Under the pieces are notes generated by a model. The model did not search any database, was not told where the DNA came from, and saw only the letters and a program-made list of their open reading frames with translations. Shown here one piece after another: positions 11,362-24,379 of a stretch of 64,000 nucleotides of DNA. This stretch comes from Takakia lepidozioides (taxonomy: Eukaryota; Plantae; Bryophyta). The stretch's first letter is position 1; each line of letters opens with the position of its first letter. The stretch is from contig CM060734.1 in the NCBI GenBank assembly GCA_030704615.1, positions 56,234,001-56,298,000 on the forward strand. The letters are read 5' to 3'. The translations under genes were made by a program, and so were the position numbers.

Positions 11362-13231
11362 AGAGAGAGAAGACTCCGGCCGAAGCCGGCGTAACTAAGA
11401 GCCACTTCGCCTTGCTGCTACTGCCCCCTTTCGGGGGTAGGCCTATATAACGAGGGGGGGTGTCTTGTGGGACACCTGATGACGTTCGAGAATGGAGGAG
11501 ATAGTGGTACCCTGGGAGACCTAGGGGACGTTTGAGGTGCCGAATTCCAGCTGGCGTTTGTTGGTAATAATAGCTGTGAGTGATCGAAGTGCCGTGTGAT
11601 GAATTTCTTTGAAGCATTTGTGGATGGGTAGGATGGGAATTTGAAAATTATTGTGTATGTCATTAATATTGGCGTTATGAATGCCGCCTCGGGTACCGGC
11701 GGTAATGACGGTTAGCGGACCGGTTTTCCAGCCCCGTCTTCGGATTGCGAGGATGAGCATGATATATTTATGACGTTTTTCTCAAATCGAGTCGTTTGGG
11801 TAGCGATCATGGCAAAATGTGAATTCAATAAAATGAATGGTGGGTTGTGGGGATGAAGAAGTGGGGGGCACAGTGTTGATGGGTAGGCCATGTATTAGGA
11901 GTATGTCTTGGCATAGCCTAGCTAGGCAAGAACATGGTATTCGAGTGCATATGCATGGTAGCAGCCATGGTGGTACAGTGTGGTCGGGTGGCCGGCCTTG
12001 GTAGGTGCCAGCATTCATGAGAGAGAACCATCAAGTTTCAGCACGTTTTTTAGAAAGCTTATGGAGGTGCCATACTGCTTGGTTATGTCTCGGGATATGT
12101 AGGCCGTGTATGATCAGGTGCGTACATTGGCTGAGGAGATGTGGCCAGGTGTCACGTGCTTGGTGGGTGGTAGAACATAGCGGGCAGTATAGGGATGGGA
12201 ACATGTGCGGCCAAAAACGGTGTTTGCGTTGGTGGCCCATGTATTGGGCATACCTAAATTTGAGTGTTTGTCAGATTTGTGCGTTAGTGGTGACTTTGGT
12301 TAACCAGAAGTGATCGAGTCCATTTTTGTATGTGTACTTTGGTATGGCTGATGGAAGCGGCAGCTTGTTTGTTTGCTTCTTTGGTCAAAGTGGTCAAAAG
12401 GTTGCGGACTGGTCTAGGTGCAGGGGTGTCTGGGACTGGATGTATGAACCAAAAGGGGTCGGTGTGTGTGATGTGGATATGATCATTTGTTGGTATTACT
12501 GGGGGTTGGGAAGCACCGAGTTGAGCGAGTATAAGTTTGCTTCCTCATTGCCATGAATACCAGTGTGTGAGCGGACTTTGAGCAGATGTATTGGGTGGTT
12601 TATAGAGGTGGCTTTTTGAGCAATGGCAGCAATAAGGCTACGGTCGGGGCCTTCATTTTATGAATTATGGTTAATAGTTGCTCGAGTTGGTGACAAAAGG
12701 GTGTCGGTATGTCTGTATGTAGGGGGTGCTGAACGTGTAGGATCAGGGTTAGGGTAGGTTCTTTCCGTCTAAGGTATTTGGGGAGAGGGGGGGTATGAGC
12801 ATATTTAAGTTGATTTGGATCAATTGTGGCTAGTAGGTTGACCCCTACCGGGAGGCGTAGTAAAGGGTAGGAGGTACTGGGTGTGTTTTGTTGTGTGAGG
12901 ATGAGGATTGTGGGGGTGGAGGGGGAAGAGTGAGCTGCAAATCGTGCCCAGTGGAGGGCTTCGTGAGAAAGGGGGCCGGGGGGGGGGGCAAGGCCCCTGC
13001 CTTCCCAGATGTGCAAAGTAGCACTGCCCATGGCTCCAAAAATACAGTCTCGATGATGTGGACTAGAGAATGAGTTCAGTTCCATCGGGCATGTCATGGG
13101 CTGGAATAGTACGAGTGAGTGAGCTGAAAGGTGTTGATAAGTAAGGCAAGAATATCCTATGGTATTGTATGACATGCGCATGCCGTTTCGAGTCTGGCGA
13201 GGGATCTTGGTTTCTTGGGAGGGGTGTCCTT
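11362..13231 (-). mobile_element. 5'-truncated non-LTR retrotransposon with RNaseH, Cys/His finger and restriction-like endonuclease (Dualen/RandI-like layout)
   Basis: 13-bp TSD actcaagaccaaa (11349-11361 and 13232-13244). RNaseH C-motif KVRSHTGIHGNEEAN, CPLC..DTWPHLLSQC, RHN motif, DILL...IHFIEFTFC (PD-(D/E)xK-like), AGTRGGI, and a (CT)n tail. Confidence 0.8.
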
Positions 13232-13466
13232 ACTCAAGACCAAACTCTTGTATGCTAAAATCACATACAAAGATATAGAATTGTAAAAAGAAGCCCTACA
13301 CTTTGTATCTGGATTCAAATTTTAATTTTTGTGTTGGATGCCAAGCCAGTGGGGCATTCAATCCTATGTGAAAGGACTAGTTCGTCCCCACACTGGAGCT
13401 GTGGTCTTCAACCTCCAAAGGTGTCTAGTCTATCAGGCCAATTTCCAGCCCAACCCATCGTCCTCT

Positions 13467-13550
13467 TATATATATGACGCCAACCGAAGTTAGCGTAAAT
13501 AAGAGCCTCTTCCCCACATGGGTACTACCCCCTTTCGGGGGTGGGCTCTA
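13467..13550 (-). mobile_element. Short second copy of the same non-LTR 3' end
   Basis: gacgccaaccgaagttagcgtaaataagagcc...ctaccccctttcgggggtgg aligns with 11372-11440, next to a (TA)n tract. Confidence 0.7.
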
Positions 13551-13562
13551 TCTTAGGGACTG

Positions 13563-13680
13563 TAAGGAGCTTTGGTAAGAATCGCATGTGCATGGACCTT
13601 TAAGGGTTAAGGAGCTTTGGTAAGAAATCATATGCGAATGGCCATTTAAGGGTTTAATGAGCTCTGGTAAGAATCATATA
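13563..13680. repeat. Short tandem repeat, 2-3 copies of a ~47-bp unit
   Basis: taaggagctttggtaagaatc...tttaagggt repeated. Confidence 0.75.
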
Positions 13681-13853
13681 GTGGAATTCATAGGGTATGG
13701 AATTACTTCATTCGTGTTTAATCATTGGCTTGCCTTCTACTTTGACTCCTTGCCAAGTATATCATACACATGACTTCCACATCAACAAGTTTCTTTCATG
13801 AAATGAGGCTTCAAGGATTCTTGTACAAACAGACAACTGCTTCGGACAACTCT

Positions 13854-14734
13854 AATCAGTCTTCAGCGGAGGTTCAATCGTGAATCCTCAACTTTTCATT
13901 GGATATGCTCGCAACTTCATTCTCGGTGTGTCTCTGGCCAAGTAGCCATGGCAGCAAAGTTGCAACAAATGGAAATTTCAAGCAGGAGAGCGACATCTTA
14001 CCACTCTACCAACGGTACCAACAACACCCACACATCTACACATTCAACATGATTAACGCAAGGCGCGTGTCCACAAGATGTTCTGGTGACAGCTACATGA
14101 AGGAGAAATCCTTACGTCAAATCATGATCTTCTCGCAATTCCGTGGTCCGCTGCTAATGTTTAATGACCGGCTTGAACAACAACGGGCGGGAAGCGCTGA
14201 AATTGAGATCTGGGATCTCACAGGCTGACTTCCAAGAAATGAATACTTCACCAATATATATACGGGCGTTAATGAATCGAAGTGTAGCACGCTGCACACT
14301 ACTCTGAAGCTTCTATTTGAGTAGAGAACTGAGAATGGTGAACACGTCGGCTTGCACTCCAGCAATTCGTGATACAAAGAATCACTCGTAGACAACTTGC
14401 TGGCAGCTACTGTGATGTTCCCGACGATACATGTCATTGTTGATATTTGCACAGCCAGAGTCAACTGAGGGAATGTTTTTCAGCTTTCAGAGGCACAACC
14501 ACACAAGGTCACACCCTTGTCACAGCTGCCTCATAGACTGCCTTGGGAATGAGCAAGGTTTACGCTTTCCTTCTCAGCACCCAACTATCCATACCGCTTT
14601 TGCCGTGACTGATATCAATCGAGGTGTAAACCTGCACGCCAAGCAAGTGAGCTACAAACATCCTTGTGTGCATCGTGTCAAGCCCCGACGTCAGCCATGG
14701 ATTGCCATGCATCTTGAACTCTGGCACCTCATAG
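13854..14734 (-). pseudogene. Inverted partial duplicate of the 26578-27276 gene (C-terminus plus 3' flank)
   Basis: Reverse complement of ~27057-27988. Encodes VPEFKMHGNPWLTSG..MDSWVLRRKA* with two small deletions, and ends at the Copia LTR. Confidence 0.9.
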
Positions 14735-17700
14735 TGTTGGAATTAACACACCCATGTTGTGATGCCGCCAGATCAGGCCTTAGTTAATGCACCGCTCCTT
14801 AAATCTAGATAGTAACTGGCCACCGTCTGCATCAGTAATTATAGCTTCATTACAGTTAGGGATATGGCCCATGTGGTCCTGCTCTCCTTATCCCTGTGAC
14901 AAACGTTGTATATGTGTTCACACCTCTGGTGTTCCAGTTAATTCATCAACTCATTGTTTTCATGGTATCAGAGCGAGGATAGTGGACTACACGGGTAGTC
15001 ATGAATCTTTGAGGGTACCTTCAAGACCTATACGGTTAGAGTCTGAGGAGGATATCTAAGAGCGTTTTTTTTTGTTTCGTAGAGAAACAAGGAAGAAGAT
15101 GGTCAAGGGACTGGTATGTCGTGGAGAGGCTACACGAAAGTAGTTTGCTTTCTTTCTCGTAGTTCTTCATAGCATTTCTTTATGCTGAAAGTAGATTATT
15201 GTAAGCTATTGATGTGTAAACACTTACTATATTTATTTATTTATTTTGTTGTAGTGTATATCGCATCGTAGAATAGTATGTCAGGACAGAGCACTCCATA
15301 GGTGAGAACCAGAAGCTTGAAGGAGCTTCAAACTATGCCATGTGGAAGTTGCAAAGTATCATTGAACGCAAGAATCTTTGGGAAATAGTACAACCGGAGG
15401 AAGACAGTAGCTCCGCCGACACTAGCTCCGTCTCTGAGCTCATGCCTGATCCTAGAGATGTTGATCATGTTCTTAGAAAGCAAAGGATGAAGGCTTTTTC
15501 TATAATCAAGTGAAAGACCAGATTGTACCTTTCATACTACATGCCAAATGACCAAGGGAGTGCTGGGATATTTTGAAGAGGCAATTTGAAGTCAAGAACA
15601 ACGCCAAGAGGTTGGCAATCCAAAATCGTTTCTCAAACCTACGAATGGAGGAAGGCATGACTGTCGCTGACTTCATGAGGCAAGTACAAGACACTCTCAA
15701 CCAACTCAGTGAGTTTGGTGAACTACCATCCGAGAGCATCATCGTGGAGCAGATAATTAATGCCTTGCCAGTCGGTTTCGACAGCTTCATCAGGGCTATC
15801 TCAAGCAAAAAAGAACTCCCAACCATCCAAGAAATAGCTGGGAGGCTCCGACTTGAAGAGAGCCGCAATGCTCGAGCCCAAGACGAGGAGGCCCTAGTTC
15901 TCAAGTTTCGAAGGATCCTCAAGCAACGGAGAAACGATCAAGTTGAAAACAAGATGTTCAACTCTGATGTCGGACGTTTGGCTCACAAACTAAACCTGAC
16001 TACTGCAACAAATGTGGAAAGAAAGGACATTGGGCACGAGAATGTCTAGGTATTGGGAGTTCCTTCTCCGATAAAACTTCTTCCTTTGAGAGGAACAAAG
16101 GAAAACAAATTAATGTCATTTGTGATGACAGTGAAGGTGAGCCCGAGATTAACGATTCGGAGACTGCCGATGAGGTGTTGGAGGTGGCACTTGTAGCGAT
16201 GGCTTTAGAAACAGATGATATATCATGGATCTTAGATTCAGGGGTTGCACGCTGTGCGATGCAAGGGTGATGTAAAAATTTGTTTCCCGAGCGGAGAAAT
16301 AAAAAAGATCAGCGATGTTCTTTACGTGCCACACCTCACAAAGAATCTGTTATCAATAGGTACTTTGACATATGCTAATCTCGTAGCAATATTTGACTCT
16401 GAGAAGTGTTTGCTGGTGACTAAGAATACGCCTGGAGCCTGAAATTGTGGCTAGAGGTATAAGAGATAATGCAATAGGACTATACCGTCTTCACATTCAA
16501 CCCGCCAATGTTGAGTTGCATGTGGTCGAAAATCTCGATGAGGTTTTCCTATGGCACAAAAGGCTTGTGCACCTTAATTTTCAAAGTTTTTTTCACTTGA
16601 GCAACAAGGACGTTGCAACAGGTTTGCCAAAACTGCCCCTAATATCTAGTGTATGTGAAGGCTGCCAGTATGGGAAACACCACAGGGAGAGCTTCCCCAA
16701 GAAAAGTCTCAACTGAGCAACACAAGTACTTGAACTTATACATATAGATCTCTGTGGCCCCTTGTCATCTTCTTTGAGAGGGTCTCGATACTTTATCACA
16801 TTCACAGACGATATTCAAGAAAAACGTGGGGATTTATTTCTTGAGACTGAAAAGTGAGGCATTACAGAAATTCAAGTTTTTCAAAGCTCAAGTTGAAAAT
16901 CAGACAGGGCATAGAATTAAAATTCTACGATCTGATCGAGGGGGTGAGTATCTTTCAAATGATTTCATCAAATTTTGCAATGAAGAAGGCATACGGAGAC
17001 AGCTCACTCAAGCTCACACGCCACAACAAAACGGTGTTGCTGAATGTAAGAACCGTACTTTGCTTGATAGAGCACGCAACATGGCTCTTACTTGCAACTT
17101 ACCCAAGTTCTTGTGGAGTGAGGCAATTAACACGGCAAATTACCTGGTGAATCGATCACCAACCAAGGCCAACTCGGGTATCACTCCGGAGGAAAAATAT
17201 TCAGGTATCAAACCAGATATTTCACTCCTCCGTATTTTTGGTTGCAAGGTTTTTGTTCACATAGCCAAGGAAGACATGGCATCGAGGTTATCTCCAAGGT
17301 AATTGAAATGTCTGTTTGTGGGATATGATGAGGAGACCAAGGGTTTCAGATGCTCTAGTCCTCACGGCAGAAAGGTGGTCATCACAAGGGATGTTCACTT
17401 TGATGAATCGAGCATGTCCAGCCTTCTGACATCCTCATCTCCACCTCCCTTAAGTGCTTCTTCAGATCCAAGTCCAATCATAAATGACAATTTGCAACCA
17501 TGTCATCGACCCACTATACTTGTTCCTGACCAAGCTTGCATTTCTCCCATCAAAGCTATACCTGCTGATCCTTCAACTCAAAGTGTCTCGGAGTCATGTC
17601 ATTCACCACCTTTAGGTATTGAGGTGCCCACGACTTCGATAGAACCACTCACACCAGAGTGGAGTCCATACCAAAGGGTTGAAAATTCAGACGATGGTAG

Positions 17701-18720
17701 AGATCTTGCAGGTGCACATGAGCAGCCGAGAGCAGGTATAAATTCCCCACTGGCTATTCGTAAGTCTGGAAGAACGATCATCCGGCCCATTCGATTCGAT
17801 GACTACGTGCAATTGCAGAAGCTGGTGAGCCACAAAAATATTCTGAGGCAATTGGAAATCCAAAATGGCAAGCTACGATGGATCAGGAAATGGCCTCCAT
17901 CAAAAGAAACTCCACGTGGGATTTAGTGGATTTATCGCCACAAAAATATCCAATCACGGCAAAGTGGGTTTATAAAATCAAGGAAGAAGCTGACGGCAAA
18001 GGTGATACATTCAAGGCTCGTCTTGTGGCTCGAGGGTTCGAACAAAGAGAAGGCATAGATTACGATGAGACATTTGCGTCCCGTTGTCAAGTGGGGCACC
18101 TTACGAACACTTGTAGCCCTAGCAGGCTACAATATATACTATGTCAATGAAGGTGAGAAACTTGTCATTCTTGTGCTATATGTTGACGACCTGTTGATCA
18201 CAGGAAATGATAGTGTCCAAATTGAGTGGATCAAAGATCAACTACATCAAAGATTCGAGATGACAAACTTGGGGGAAATGTCTCATTACTTGAGAATAGA
18301 ATTTTTGTATCTCAGGGAGGGCATCTTCATGAAAGCGTGGGTACATCACCAAAATGCTCGAACAATTTGGGCTTTCAGATTGTAACCCAAAACCGACTCC
18401 AATGCTCGAAGGGACAAAACTTATCATTGACATGGGTGATGAGCTTGCAGATGCTACCATATATCGGCAAATGGTTGGTAAGCTCATATATCTTACCAAC
18501 ACGAGACCTGACATCTCCTACTCTGTGGGTGTCGTTAGCCGCTTCATGAATAACCCGCAAGCACCTCATATGGAAGCAGTTAAGCACATTTTCGGATACT
18601 TGAAGGGGACAATTGAACTTGGGGCTTCAAGAAACAAGGAACCAACGAGATCGCAAGATTCACCGACGCGGACTAGGCAGGTGACCAGGAAAATAGAAGA
18701 TCCACTACGGGGTACGTATT
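14735..18720 (+). mobile_element. Ty1/Copia retrotransposon, 3'-truncated and degenerate
   Basis: LTR starting TGTTGG at 14735 and tRNA-iMet PBS tggtatcagagc at 14963-14974. Gag, protease (WILDSG), GAG-pre-integrase (LWHKRL), integrase (RSDRGGEY, PQQNGVAE), RT (KARLVARGF, YVDDLL) and RNaseH start (FTDAD*AG..RRSTTG). No 3' LTR seen. Confidence 0.93.
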
Positions 18721-21573
18721 GCAGAGCAAGAGGTCTGCAGGGACCAGCTTGTTTCCATTTGATTGTCAGCTTCTGTCTTGAGCACTACTGGCTCATGAGA
18801 GGGAAGGATAGGCGATCAAGAATGAAGGATGTTTGCAGTGTGCAAGAATGTAGGTGTAGGCCAGGTGTTGTGGGTTTGATTGCCATAGTGGCCGATAGAG
18901 GGGTTGTAGTACGCACCGAGGAAGTCATAGAAGGTCTGGATTGATCAGTGTACATGTCTGCAAAAAAGATGTACACGCTTTGGTATCATGTGATGTCTTA
19001 TTGAAGTTCTACCCACCGTAAAAGCGAAGACGGCACCTGATGGAAATTATATAGTTTTATAGGTTGAGAGTTGAGAGGCCCGGTATTGCACGGTTTGCAG
19101 TACAAAGTTCTATATCTTGATTCAAACAGTACGTAAATGTGTCCCATGTGCGAAGACAGGGGTTGGCCTCTTCTAAACACGGCAATAGCTTCAAAGCATC
19201 ATGAAGTGATCAAGAGGCCCCTTCGCTTTGTTCATACCTTAAGGAAATACGACACTCTTTCCAAAAATCAAAGAAATTTGCGCATACCACTCCGGTTGCA
19301 CTCTCCAGATCTCGAAGTCTGCAACGTTCCTCCGAACCTGCTAGATTATCAACCAAAATGGTGCCAACTTCGTCTTCACGCTCTGCACCGGCTTCCGGTG
19401 AACTCACTTACTGGGGACTTCCAAAGCACTCTTCATCCTGAAGTGAAGAAGAGGAACAGCCAGATGTTGACGAAACCTACTAAGCTGAATGTGATCAGTA
19501 ACCCTTCGTCCTTCGCAGGGTCAAGAAAGGAAAAAGCAGGAGTGGTAGCCTCAGCTGTAAACGGCTTTGAAGCCTGAGGAGCCAATGGTTTATGTGTGGG
19601 TGTGGGCCCGGAGAGATTTGACAAATGCAGAGGTACTAGTTATTCGGACTTTAGGACGTCGGTTCCAGGGAATCCGCTTCCTGTGGTTTTTGAGAGCGAT
19701 CGGCTGGACGCCATCTCGACTTTGGGCCAGGATTCAATGTCAGGCACTGAAGCTGTGTCAGAAACATCGATGTCCGAAGAATCACTTACTTTCGACTCCA
19801 AGGAAACAAGAAAGAGAGTTTCTCCTGTGTTCATGAAGAAACTGAGATCATGTCCAAGAGCACTCGCGATGATGATGCCAGCGATGGTTTTACACCTGCA
19901 GTTTCAAGAACTAGTGGAGATTCAAGCAGTGGAGATTGGACGAGCCAATCTTTGGGATACTCCGACAGCCATGGGGAGCTTGACATATGCCGGGCATATG
20001 CCCACTCTCATGCCACTCTTTACCAAAGAAGAGAGTGGGGGGTGGTTCTCTATGTGACATTGATAACCCAGAGACACCTCGTCGAGCCCAATTGCCTCAA
20101 GCCTTCGATCTTAACCATTACCTCGCAGGTATGACATACAGTCCTGAATCTCCGTTTCTTGGTGAAACCCATTTCTGCATCTTGCCCAGGTTCACTATAA
20201 GGTACACGTTACTCAACTTTGATTGTGGGCCAGCAGTTTACAACCATGTTTACAAATTCCTGAGTCTGCTGCGCTAAGGCTGGGATAATGATCTAGTCAT
20301 AGTTCTGCCAAAGGAAACGCTGCGCTGTAGCCTTTTAAGAATGTTCCCTTAATACCCCTTGTCTCGATTTCAAGAACGTGCACAAATTCTGCACCTGATT
20401 AACATAGATCTTCCAATGAACATTCTGGATGTTTGCCAGCGTTCATTTCAGACATGTAGAACTTTCTAAGACCTATGTAAGACTTACCAGGTCGCACTTG
20501 ATACATACAGTCTCAAGGCGGGATCCCCGTGATCCCCATGTTCAATCTGGAAATTTTTCGAAGGGCCATCAAGCTGCTGCAGATCGCCTCCAGATCTCAG
20601 GAGTACAGGGCAATGTGTCCACACCACGATTAGATCTAGAGAGCTTCGAGGCAGGGTGAATGTATTGGAGGCCCGATTGTCCAGAACATTGCATGGCAAA
20701 GCATCCGGTTTATTTTGAATTGTTGTTTTGGTCCTGTCTCGAGTGGACACACATGGATTGCTGATGCAGCGATCTAATAACTGTGCCATAACCCACCTGT
20801 GTTATGCGCGAAGTAATTTGTATTTTGAGAACTTGAAGATCTGTGGAGGATCTGTCCAATCTTAGCCCCCGTTCAAGTATATCCTGATTGAGAGGAAAGA
20901 CAATCTACATATATGAAGGTCTGCTAACTAGTAGAAACACTGAAAGCTTTGCATGAGCAGTTCGATGTGTGAACCTAGTTGCCTCGTTATATACATCTGT
21001 ATCCTTATTCAACATGGACATGCCATGTCCACGTTGTCTAGATCAGTGTATACATCAAATTATGAGGTGATCTGCGATTTACTAACACTTTTGGAGGAAT
21101 CTCGTTTTATGTGTATATACAGCAGAAGGGAGATTTCTGGAGCAGGCGTGGATCACCTCGATTGCTCCTTGTGTCAGATATCTGAGTGATGAAGTACTAT
21201 CGACCTCATCGACTGAGGAGTGGGTAACAGCTGATAGCGAAGACATGGATTTTGTGACAGGCACACACTGTAAATCTTCAACCAGCACACCCGCCCTAAT
21301 CAGTCATGCCTCCTCCAAAACCAAATCAAATTCTCGCAGATCACATAGAAGGTGCAATGCAGACCTCTCAGGCAGATTGAAAGAGACACAGATATCAAAA
21401 GGCAGGAGCTTTCAAAATGACGAAAGCCCAAGGCCTACAAGCTTTCAAGCCATTGTCAATGGGAGAGACCGTGAAGTCGTGGCTGCAAAAGTGGTAGTAC
21501 TACTTGGTAAATACAGCAATAAGAAAGGACTGCGGGTTGCTGGCCTCCAGCCTTTGCCAAATCAGGGCTACAA

Positions 21574-21924
21574 ATGAGAGTTGCACCCCAGTATAACATC
21601 GACAGTTTGCATGAGCACATAACTTCAGACGAGGCAATCGCTGTATTCCAGAACGAGGTGGCCAGGATGATGGTAGAGGAAGGTGACATGAATGAGTTAC
21701 AAGACGTTGATGAATTGTTGGATTGCTACATGCAACTGACCATACCATGCTTCCTGGAGATGGTTGAAGAGTTCTTCAGGGATGTCTGCTTGGATTGCTT
21801 CAAGAACCCAGGATCTAAGTCTGATTTGACTCCTCCAAGGCAGCTGTCAAAATTGTCTTTGCGCGCTAGTAGCATCGCTAGGTTACAGTCTGATTTTAGG
21901 TTAGCAAATCTCAAAGGCTGTTAA
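21574..21924 (+). CDS. OVATE-family (OFP-like) C-terminal domain; upstream Ser-rich exons (~19400-21577) appear frameshifted
   Basis: F...VARMMVEE....DVDELLDCYMQL.......EFFRDV matches the OVATE pattern M-EM-x-E...DLEELL-CYL-L...F-D. Confidence 0.6.
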   Translation: MRVAPQYNIDSLHEHITSDEAIAVFQNEVARMMVEEGDMNELQDVDELLDCYMQLTIPCFLEMVEEFFRDVCLDCFKNPGSKSDLTPPRQLSKLSLRASSIARLQSDFRLANLKGC

Positions 21925-22169
21925 TTTGCAGTGTTCCAGTCCAGACAATTTTCTATCTTGCAGCAGAGAAGAGCGGAGAAAACTGCAAATTTGTAAGAAC
22001 ATTTGATGATCAAATGTAGAATGTGATGATCAGATGTGACATAAAGTCATTTGGTCCGCATTGCTGCAATCTGTAAACCTCTCCCAGTTATGATTCAAAG
22101 ACACTAGCTAGTGACGTAATTCTGGCACCATAAACCCTATGCATGCGTGTGCCCAGGAGGTGTTCACTG

Positions 22170-23640
22170 AATCACAGCTTGCAGAAGACTTCAGATATGA
22201 CCTCAGTTTGTGACAGACTCCAAGAGCAACTCATGAATGCCGTGATGCCTGCACTGAGTGTCTCACCTAATCGACCATACAAGGATGGGATGCTATAGGA
22301 GGGCAGTGCAGTGCTCACGAGTAGACGACTACAGGTGCTGCTTGGGCTTTTATTTTTCGGGAAGCACAGAAAAAGTCTGTCGAAAGTATCAGCGGTTAGT
22401 ATCACGACACCATGAGTCATTGGTGAGGGACTACTCACCAGTCCCTTGAGTGGCATTGGTGGCATTGGGTTTTGGAGTCATCAGGAAAGCAAGCCCTTTC
22501 ACTTCTCCTTCCGTTGCATCGTTCGTCTCTGACCGCGACGGATGAGTAGTCCCTCACCAATGCCACCAATGCCACCACTGCACATTTACTTGCATTAGCC
22601 TCTGATCCCCAAAGGTCAAAGTATCTCTTCGCGCAATCAATCAGCTCCTGGAGATTGGAGAGAGTCTCCCCTATGCCTGCGAAGTCATAACATAAGGACT
22701 GGTATGGTGGCATCACCCACCCTTAACCCAAATCCCTCACCTTCCACATCCTCGAGGAGTTGATAGATGAAAACATTGAAGAACAGAGGGGAGAGGGTAC
22801 ATCCTTGAACTACCCCTTGGTCTCTGTCAAAGAACTTAGACCTCTGTCCATTAACTGAGCAGACAAGTTATGGACAAGTCTCCACATCTTTCCCTTGATC
22901 CCACATGATCAGAGTCGGAGCCATAGACTGTCTCTCCACACTGTGTCATAAGCCTTTTGACATCCAAGAAAAAAACGGAAGTGGGTTTCCCTTCATTTTT
23001 TCTTCCCTGTATAATCTGGCTTAGAGTGAAAATATGATCCACAGCCCCTGTTTTTCCGAAAGCCAGCTTGGCGTTCGGGGAAACAACCTCTAGATTCCAG
23101 ATCAACCTCGAGACGAGTACTTATAACTCTGCAAAATATTTTGCCAACTGCATTGAGGAGCGTGATGCCTCGGTAGATCCCCGATTCTTCTCTGCCACCC
23201 TTCTTGTATAGATTGACAATGACCCCCTGTCACCAGCGAAAGGGGATCAATTCAGTCCTCAGATAAGGTTAAAGAGAAGTACAAGGGCCTCTAACATGGG
23301 ATCGCCACCGTGCTTGATAAGCTCATTGACAGGTCCGCCAGCTTTATATCCGTTTAAATGCTCAATTGCTTCCACAATCTCAGAAGAACTAATGGGAGCG
23401 TTGTAAGCTTTTGAAACATACTCCAGTTCATCAGGGCTGTCTTGAATCAGAGGACAGCCAACTGTGTCCTTCCATTCCTCATAGGACCCCTCACTGTTAG
23501 ACCTAGAAATTCTGCCAAGGATACTGTAGTGGGTTGCAAAGGTTTTGACAATGTCAACCGTTGAAGTCACACTGCACCCTTAGTCCTCAGCACTTGTACT
23601 TGCTGTTGTCCCAGTATAATTTCTTCTAAGACCTTACAAG
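22170..23640 (-). mobile_element. Non-LTR (LINE) reverse transcriptase remnant
   Basis: KAGGP..ELIK, YRGITLLN, DHIFTL, FLDVK(K)AYDTV, GVVQGCTLSP, NASKC across frameshifts. Confidence 0.85.
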
Positions 23641-23703
23641 CGGATTGATATCTTTGCGGATCTGGTAGTACCTAGCCCACAATTCTTTGTTGGTTTATAA
23701 CAC

Positions 23704-24145
23704 GAGAGAGAGAGAGAAATGAAATGAAATGCAATGGACTTTATAACGTCCGCAGAAAACTCAAAGAGCTTATGGGACAAAATGGAAAAAAACATGAGAG
23801 AGGAAACAAAACCAGAGCCAAAAAACAGCCCAAAAGCAACTACTGCTCAAGGGATTGTCTAAGGGTCAAGGCCTCGTGCAGGTAAGCTGCCAAGCATTTG
23901 TGATCCTCATAGTGGAAGACTTCAGTGAGAGATTGAGTTCCGTGGAATAGACAGTGAAATCTCCCACGGATCTTGTAATACAGAGGGCAATAGAAGAAGT
24001 GTTCTTCAGTTTCAATTTCCTGGTTACGCCCTGTGCAAGCTGGGCATAGGCGGTCCTCCCGTTGCAGGTTTAGGGAGAGAGAAAATGACATGAAATGGTA
24101 CTTTATAACGTCCGCGGAGGCTCAGAGTTGAGAGAGAGAGAGAGA
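23704..24145 (-). mobile_element. LINE 3' end (C-terminal Cys/His finger, 3' UTR, (CATTT)n tail) plus a tiny second 3'-end copy, in (GA)n
   Basis: CPAC...ETEEHFFYCPLY..IR; gaaatgaaatgaaatg tail; core atgg(t)actttataacgtccgc occurs twice. Confidence 0.75.
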
Positions 24146-24379
24146 TGAGAGCCTCTTCCACTCCAAGCTTTCGGAAATGATGAACAACCTAACTATGTGG
24201 CGTCAATTTGTCCACTTTTGATTTTCCTTTGTTGAGGATGGGTTCTACGATTGTTCTGATTGTGGTGAGGTGCAAAGAGCGAAGAGAAGAAAGAATAGCA
24301 CTATCTGGGAGTTTGAGGTTCTTCTTCAGGGTCTTTAGGGTCTGGTTGTTTGTTTCTCCCTTGGCACCTAAGGTGATAT

